Of a stretch of DNA of 64,000 bases, positions 58,705-64,000 are shown one piece after another. The notes beneath the pieces were generated by a model. That model had not been told where the DNA came from. It made no database searches and saw only the letters and a program-made list of their open reading frames with translations. Positions within the stretch are counted from its first letter, which is position 1, and each line of letters starts with the position of its first letter. The stretch is from an uncultured Desulfosarcina sp. (GTDB taxonomy: Bacteria > Desulfobacterota > Desulfobacteria > Desulfobacterales > Desulfosarcinaceae), in contig CAXXWQ010000004.1 in the NCBI GenBank assembly GCA_963674945.2, positions 128,001 to 192,000 on the forward strand, given 5' to 3'. The translations under genes and the position numbers were made by a program.

Positions 58705-58755
58705 TAATCTTCCACGTTGACAGCAAGTCTCGATGATGCATTAGATGACAGATGA

Positions 58756-58785
58756 CCGGAGGGGAAATTTCCCCTCCGGCTCTTT
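58756..58785 (+). terminator. Intrinsic terminator after flagellin
   Basis: Perfect palindrome CCGGAGGGGAAATTTCCCCTCCGG followed by CTCTTT. Confidence 0.7.
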
Positions 58786-58865
58786 CATCAAACAATATTT
58801 CGATTAAATAAAAATTTGCGCCCTATCCCATTTCAATTGCAAAGCAAGATGCAAGGGATCGTTCC

Positions 58866-59282
58866 ATGTCACTAAAAATTTCATTAAAACCAAATGAGAG
58901 AATCATTATCGGTGGAGCGGTTGTCACCAATGGTAACAGTCGTTGCGATCTGAGTTTTGAAAACAAGGTTCCTTTGCTGCGGGAAAAGGATATTTTGAGT
59001 GAGTCGATGGCCAATACGCCGGCTCGTCGGATCTACTTTGTGATCCAACTCATGTATATCGATGAGGGAAATCTGGCGATTCATCATCAGACGTACTGGA
59101 ACCTGGTAAAACCCTTCCTCGAAGCCGTCCCCAGCGCCCTGCCATTGATCGATCAAATCAACGATTCGATTTTGAAGAACCAATATTACGCAGGACTGAA
59201 GACTGCCAAAAAATTGATTGAATATGAACAGGAGATCATCGCACGTGTATCGAAACCCACTAAAGGCGTATCAAAGTGTTGA
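58866..59282 (+). CDS. flbT: Flagellin post-transcriptional regulator FlbT
   Basis: MSLKISLKPNERIIIGGAVVTNG...LLREKDIL...ANTPARRIYFVIQLMY...YYAGLK...LIEYE. Confidence 0.92.
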   Translation: MSLKISLKPNERIIIGGAVVTNGNSRCDLSFENKVPLLREKDILSESMANTPARRIYFVIQLMYIDEGNLAIHHQTYWNLVKPFLEAVPSALPLIDQINDSILKNQYYAGLKTAKKLIEYEQEIIARVSKPTKGVSKC

Positions 59283-59625
59283 ACAGCAGACCGCGACCGG
59301 CCGAAAAATGGAAGCCCGGGTGCTCACGCAAGCCGCGCACAAACTGAAACATTGCCAGGAAAACTGGGATGCCGCTGATCGGAAAGAGCGGCTGGATGAA
59401 GCCATCAGCTACAACCAACGAGTATGGAGCATTATCCAGGCAGAGTTGCTAGACGAAGAGAACCCGATGCCGAAAGAGCTAAGAAAAAATATTTTATTGC
59501 TAAGTGCGTTTATCGACAAACGAATTTTCAATGTATTGGCCTATCCCGACCCGGAAAAACTGACCATCATTATCAATATAAATCTCAATATCGCAGCCGG
59601 ATTACATGATGATCCAGGAGAATAG
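59245..59625 (+). CDS. flaF: Flagellar biosynthesis regulator FlaF
   Basis: AY...R..EA.VL..AA...L.EA..YNQRVWS...ENPMPKELRKNI..L..FI...LIININLNIAAGL. GTG 59245 follows an AGGAG RBS. Confidence 0.9.
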   Translation: MYRNPLKAYQSVEQQTATGRKMEARVLTQAAHKLKHCQENWDAADRKERLDEAISYNQRVWSIIQAELLDEENPMPKELRKNILLLSAFIDKRIFNVLAYPDPEKLTIIININLNIAAGLHDDPGE

Positions 59626-59781
59626 CACACTACAAAAACGAAACTCCACTGACAGCAGGGGTCTTATCCAAGAAAATTCATCTCAATTGTAAGTAACTAT
59701 CTATTTTTCACTTCGAATCCGACGATTTCACAAATTTTGATACATTGATCCAAATCCCCATGATTTTGTTAAGGTTACGGA

Positions 59782-61809
59782 TCAAGTCTTTGAAGAAACG
59801 TTCATCAATCCCAATGCAGCCTCTTTTTTTCCAGTCGCCTCCAGCGCCCTTGCATGCTGTTGGACAAATTCACGGCTGTTATACCCCATCTTCACGATCT
59901 CGTTCAAATATTGTAAACCGATTTCATTTTGTCCTGAGAGACAATATGCCACACCCAAAGTTCCGAGGGCCATGGGATGATCAGGATATCGAGTCAAAAA
60001 CGTCTCAAGGATTTTTTTGGCATTGTTAACATTTCCCATCCGCATTTCGCATAGGGACAGATTCAAGAAAGCTTCCTTTAAATCAGGATCGAGTTCTATC
60101 GCTTTTTGCGAAACTCTTTTCCCCTGTTTATACTTTCCCAATTGAATATACGCATAACCTAAATTAAAAAAACCCTTTGCATAATCAGATTTTTTGCTTA
60201 AAACCGTTTTCCATAAGTGGACGGCGTTTTCATAATCTCCGACTTCACCCGCCTGGATTGCATGCTCTATAACACTATACAGATTATTTTCGTTTATCGT
60301 TAATTTTTCATGACCCAATTGGTAATATGCACTCTTTTTCTGTGAACGATTTTCATCCAGTTCACCAAAATGATGAACTGGGACAGCCCCCAAAACCATC
60401 TTAACACCTTCTTTTTCCAGACTCTTTTCCACTTTTTCATGCAGACGATTTTCAAACCGGATCGACGGCTTATTCGGAAACAATCTCACTTTTACGCTGG
60501 GGTACCACCCTTTTCCTTTTTCTTCAGGATAATGTCCTTTGTTCGCCTGCCATCCCTCTACCCCCACCTCGTCCACGTAATTTCGGGTGATAAAGGAATA
60601 AGCGACGTTCTGATCAGTTCCTTGTTTCACCATTTCCTTTATTTTCCGATGGTCCGATAAAGAGATTTGTTCGTCGGCGTCTAAAATGAAAACCCATCGT
60701 CCTTTGGCCTTGTTTAAAGATTTATTTCTTGCATCGGCAAAATTGTTGTTCCAGGAAAAATCAAAGATTTTTGCTCCGAAAACAGTGGCAATATCTTTGC
60801 TATTGTCCGTAGACCCGGTATCGACAATGATGATTTCATCAACCAGTCCTCTGACGCTATAGAGGACCTTGGCAATCCGCTCTTCTTCATTTTTAACGAT
60901 CATGCATAAAGAAATCTGAGGCTCTTTATTGGATAATTCCTCTTTAAGAGAGTTGAGTTTTTGTTTTATCATCAAGGCTGGATTTAAAATACCATCGGAG
61001 GCTCCAAAATTAGCAATGACGCGTTGAATGGCTGACAGGGCTTCAGTATATTTCTTTTGTTGAACGAGAATATCAATATATAAATAATTCAGCTTCTTAG
61101 AATTCGGAAATGAATGAAGCGCCTGCCTAAATCGTTTTTCAGCATTTATGTAATCACCGAGTTCTGAAATGACTGAATGGTATGTCTCTGATACCTTAGG
61201 ATTACAGGAAGATTTTATAAATCCCTCTTCTATAAGTGCTAAGCCCTCTTGAACATCTCCATCTTCAATCTTTAGTAGTCCTTTATTCAAATAAGCGGGT
61301 CCGTACCCGGAATCTAATTGAATCGCTTGTTCAAAGAGTAATGCCGCCTTTTCTAATTTATTTTTGTTGTAAGCAAGCACACCGGAAGAATTTGTAAATA
61401 CAGGCGACTCTAAACCAAAAGACATAATTATTGATAGCTCATCTTCTAGTTCCGTAAATTTTTTAGCTCTTTCCAATGCAATAACCATTAGTTCGAATGT
61501 ACGAATGCACCATTCCGAATCATCAATCTTTTCCAATACATCGATTGCTTCGCTAAATTGCTCAGCTTCGATTAAAATACTACCAAGTCTCTCACGAAAT
61601 ATATTAATTGATGGATATTGAATAATTGCCCTTGCTAATAACCTAGTACCTTTAACAAAATCTTCCTTTAGTTGGTATTCAAATGCTGAATTTATAATCT
61701 CATTAACCATATCTTGATTGGTAAAAGTGATACTTTCGTTTCCACAATCATCTGTTCGATAATTATTTGATCTTTTTTCAAAATCTGATTTTTTATATTT
61801 TGTTTTCAT
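59782..61809 (-). CDS. TPR-GT2-TPR glycosyltransferase (probable flagellin glycosylation)
   Basis: ISLCMIVKNEE, VDTGSTD, FADARN, ILDADE, RLF...HE, flanked by TPR repeats. Confidence 0.9.
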   Translation of the reverse strand: MKTKYKKSDFEKRSNNYRTDDCGNESITFTNQDMVNEIINSAFEYQLKEDFVKGTRLLARAIIQYPSINIFRERLGSILIEAEQFSEAIDVLEKIDDSEWCIRTFELMVIALERAKKFTELEDELSIIMSFGLESPVFTNSSGVLAYNKNKLEKAALLFEQAIQLDSGYGPAYLNKGLLKIEDGDVQEGLALIEEGFIKSSCNPKVSETYHSVISELGDYINAEKRFRQALHSFPNSKKLNYLYIDILVQQKKYTEALSAIQRVIANFGASDGILNPALMIKQKLNSLKEELSNKEPQISLCMIVKNEEERIAKVLYSVRGLVDEIIIVDTGSTDNSKDIATVFGAKIFDFSWNNNFADARNKSLNKAKGRWVFILDADEQISLSDHRKIKEMVKQGTDQNVAYSFITRNYVDEVGVEGWQANKGHYPEEKGKGWYPSVKVRLFPNKPSIRFENRLHEKVEKSLEKEGVKMVLGAVPVHHFGELDENRSQKKSAYYQLGHEKLTINENNLYSVIEHAIQAGEVGDYENAVHLWKTVLSKKSDYAKGFFNLGYAYIQLGKYKQGKRVSQKAIELDPDLKEAFLNLSLCEMRMGNVNNAKKILETFLTRYPDHPMALGTLGVAYCLSGQNEIGLQYLNEIVKMGYNSREFVQQHARALEATGKKEAALGLMNVSSKT

Positions 61810-61836
61810 TTTATTATTCTATATAGAAGACTATTT

Positions 61837-62466
61837 TTACCACCATTTAAACTTTTCCGTTAACTTTTTATAGTTTTCGATATCTTTTGAGAAAGAATGT
61901 TTGATATAACTTAGTTCATCACGTGTTACTATTCTTCTGTTTGAATAAAGTTTATTGATCACTTTCATATTTGTATGTTGTAGGCGACCTTTTAAAAAAA
62001 TATTTAATCTACTTACACTTTCTTCCATTCTATCCTGAAAGCCTACAAAATCATATAAATCCAAATTATCTCCAAGCATTATGCTCGCGGTATTTCTTCC
62101 TCTTTCCTTAATATATTTTTCTATTGGATATCCGGAATAGTAACGAAATTTCTTTTTAATACTTTTATTAGTAACATCATAGTGATAATGAGAAATGAAT
62201 CTTTCCACCGGTTCTCTTAACCAAGTAACGAACTTCCAACCTTCATTTTTCAAATGTTCATACTTTGCAATTGGAAAGTGGCCAATGATAAAATTATAAT
62301 CTTTGTAGTTATTTGGGTAGACGAAAACAGGAAAACTTTCCATATCATAAAACTTGAAATTATGATGATAATAATCTTCCAATAACTCATCTTTATAATT
62401 TCTTTTCAGCATTTCTCTTAATGCAGTTCCAGCCGTTTTATAAATGTGTAGAAAAACAATTTTCAT
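61837..62466 (-). CDS. Sulfotransferase family 2-like protein
   Basis: FLHIYKTAGT (5'-PSB-like) and WLREPVERFISHY (3'-PB-like). Confidence 0.8.
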   Translation of the reverse strand: MKIVFLHIYKTAGTALREMLKRNYKDELLEDYYHHNFKFYDMESFPVFVYPNNYKDYNFIIGHFPIAKYEHLKNEGWKFVTWLREPVERFISHYHYDVTNKSIKKKFRYYSGYPIEKYIKERGRNTASIMLGDNLDLYDFVGFQDRMEESVSRLNIFLKGRLQHTNMKVINKLYSNRRIVTRDELSYIKHSFSKDIENYKKLTEKFKWW

Positions 62467-62505
62467 TTTACACCTAAACTGAGAATTTCGCTGAATAATA
62501 GATAA

Positions 62506-63999
62506 TCAAAGAAGCATCCTTTCTCGAAGAGATCTTAATTTTTTCCTATATTTTTCATTTTGCACATAGTTAAATGAATTTTGAAATACAATATCGTTAT
62601 CAGGGTTACATTGAACAGCTTTAAGTAGGTATTTTTCGCATTCTGGATGTTTACCGATTCTCTTTGCCAAAACTCCGAGAAGACACATCAAATCTGAATT
62701 TATATCGAAATTTCGTATTGCCGTAATTACTTTATCACCCGCTCTTTCAATTTTATAATCATCTATTAATTTTTTTATTTCATTGACCGTATTATTATAA
62801 GATTCAATTGTAATCCCTACATTATTTTTATATTTTTCATCTAAATAATAAAAACCTGAATTATTTAAGAGCCTAAATATGAACTTTTCTCTTCCAAGAT
62901 TTAAGCAGCAACGCAAAACAAGTCGAAAAATCGGCTCATTCATGTTTCTTCTTGATATCTTTAATAAATATCGTAAGGCATTATGATAATCGTGATATTT
63001 AAGAAAGATTTGTCCGACTCTTTTATGAAACTCATCATTCAGATCATTTTTAGAGACTTTTTTCAAATCAGGAAAAATAACTTCCGGATCCCACTTTTCG
63101 ATAATCTTTCTAACGATCTTCGACTCATATGAATATTCCATACACTCAGAAAAAGAAGCGTTGTCATCATGCCACCTGTAACGACAAACTACCATATCTG
63201 CTTTATAAGGCACTAACCGAGAAGAAGCTCTTACCCAAAAATCGTAATCCTCCGCTCTTTCAAATTCAACATCATATTCTCCAACCTCCTGATATAGCTC
63301 TTTTTTTACCAAACTACAAGGATTTGGAATCTTACAACCTGTTATCAAATGTCCGATTAAACTTCCATTGACCTTTGAAAAATCCAATGGATCAAAAAAG
63401 TCAACTTCAATATTTTTCGTATTTCCGAAATATCGTAACTTTCCATAAATCAAGTTGATATTTGGTATCATATCAATGATTTTATGATATTCTTCGACAA
63501 TCATTGGTTCCATTACATCATCATCATCAAGCCAAAGAATATACTTCCCTTTTGCCTCCAAAATTCCACGATTCCGTGCTTCTGGCCTGCCTAAATTGAC
63601 AGAGTTCTTTATATATCTGATTGTATTTTCTCTAAAATTATTTACAACTTCTCTTGTATCGTCAGTCGAGCCATCATCTACAACGATAATTTCCGTAGCT
63701 GGAAATGTCTGATTTATTGCACTGGATAGCGATTCGGCTAAGAAATGACTTCGATTGTAGGTTGTGATTACAATACTAATGATTGGAGCATTGTCTGTTA
63801 CTGAAATATGGTTTTCAACAGGCGAAATGAAATATATTGGTACCTCCTGATGGCAACTCTTTATATCCGATTTTTCATAGTTGTCTATATCAATTCTATA
63901 TCCTTGTTCGAACTTTTCTGAAAGAAACTCAATATTGTAGGAAATTTTCGATCCACTTCTATTACTCCAGGATGTTTGTACAATATTAATTGGATTGCA
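62506..63999 (-). CDS. GT2 glycosyltransferase with a C-terminal TPR-like region (5'-truncated by window)
   Basis: Frame is open to the window edge. ISIVITTYNR, IIVVDDGSTD, ARNRG, WLDDDD, AEDYDFW; longer than the ORF track's TTG start at 63561. Confidence 0.88.
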   Translation of the reverse strand, partial: CNPINIVQTSWSNRSGSKISYNIEFLSEKFEQGYRIDIDNYEKSDIKSCHQEVPIYFISPVENHISVTDNAPIISIVITTYNRSHFLAESLSSAINQTFPATEIIVVDDGSTDDTREVVNNFRENTIRYIKNSVNLGRPEARNRGILEAKGKYILWLDDDDVMEPMIVEEYHKIIDMIPNINLIYGKLRYFGNTKNIEVDFFDPLDFSKVNGSLIGHLITGCKIPNPCSLVKKELYQEVGEYDVEFERAEDYDFWVRASSRLVPYKADMVVCRYRWHDDNASFSECMEYSYESKIVRKIIEKWDPEVIFPDLKKVSKNDLNDEFHKRVGQIFLKYHDYHNALRYLLKISRRNMNEPIFRLVLRCCLNLGREKFIFRLLNNSGFYYLDEKYKNNVGITIESYNNTVNEIKKLIDDYKIERAGDKVITAIRNFDINSDLMCLLGVLAKRIGKHPECEKYLLKAVQCNPDNDIVFQNSFNYVQNEKYRKKLRSLRERMLL

Positions 64000-64000
64000 G

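Noticed and set aside
1..64000. CRISPR arrays, tRNA/rRNA genes, transposases, prophage genes
   Set aside because: None recognised by eye or in the ORF track; a tRNAscan/Rfam run would be needed to exclude small RNAs formally.

Overview
A 64-kb bacterial chromosomal segment. Gene content and order suggest Desulfobacterota/Desulfobacterales (inference). In order it contains: (1) the 3' end of a PfaB/C-type polyunsaturated fatty acid synthase followed directly by oleB-oleC-oleD olefin biosynthesis genes and a PocR-domain gene; (2) an OmpA lipoprotein and an ECF sigma factor fused to a zinc-finger anti-sigma domain with a TM helix; (3) guaA, a coiled-coil membrane protein, kdsB and a HIT protein; (4) a sigma28-type promoter ahead of a REC/HD-GYP gene and a PomAB-like stator; (5) two convergent secreted proteases (S8 and C10) that both end in a short Gly-rich 'GGGCF[IV]' tail; (6) a PAS-PAS-LuxR regulator; (7) a roughly 35-kb minus-strand flagellar cluster from flgL to two sigma54 activators, with readable sigma54 and sigma28 promoters and candidate enhancer boxes; (8) an alphaproteobacterial-type flagellin-flbT-flaF module; (9) the start of an AT-rich glycosyltransferase/sulfotransferase island. 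The most notable observations are the chimeric flagellar filament/regulation system, the shared TM-less C-terminal Cys motif on the proteases, and an FlhF with a C-terminal Ada-like Zn-binding domain. All family calls come from motif recognition by eye; no database searches were run.
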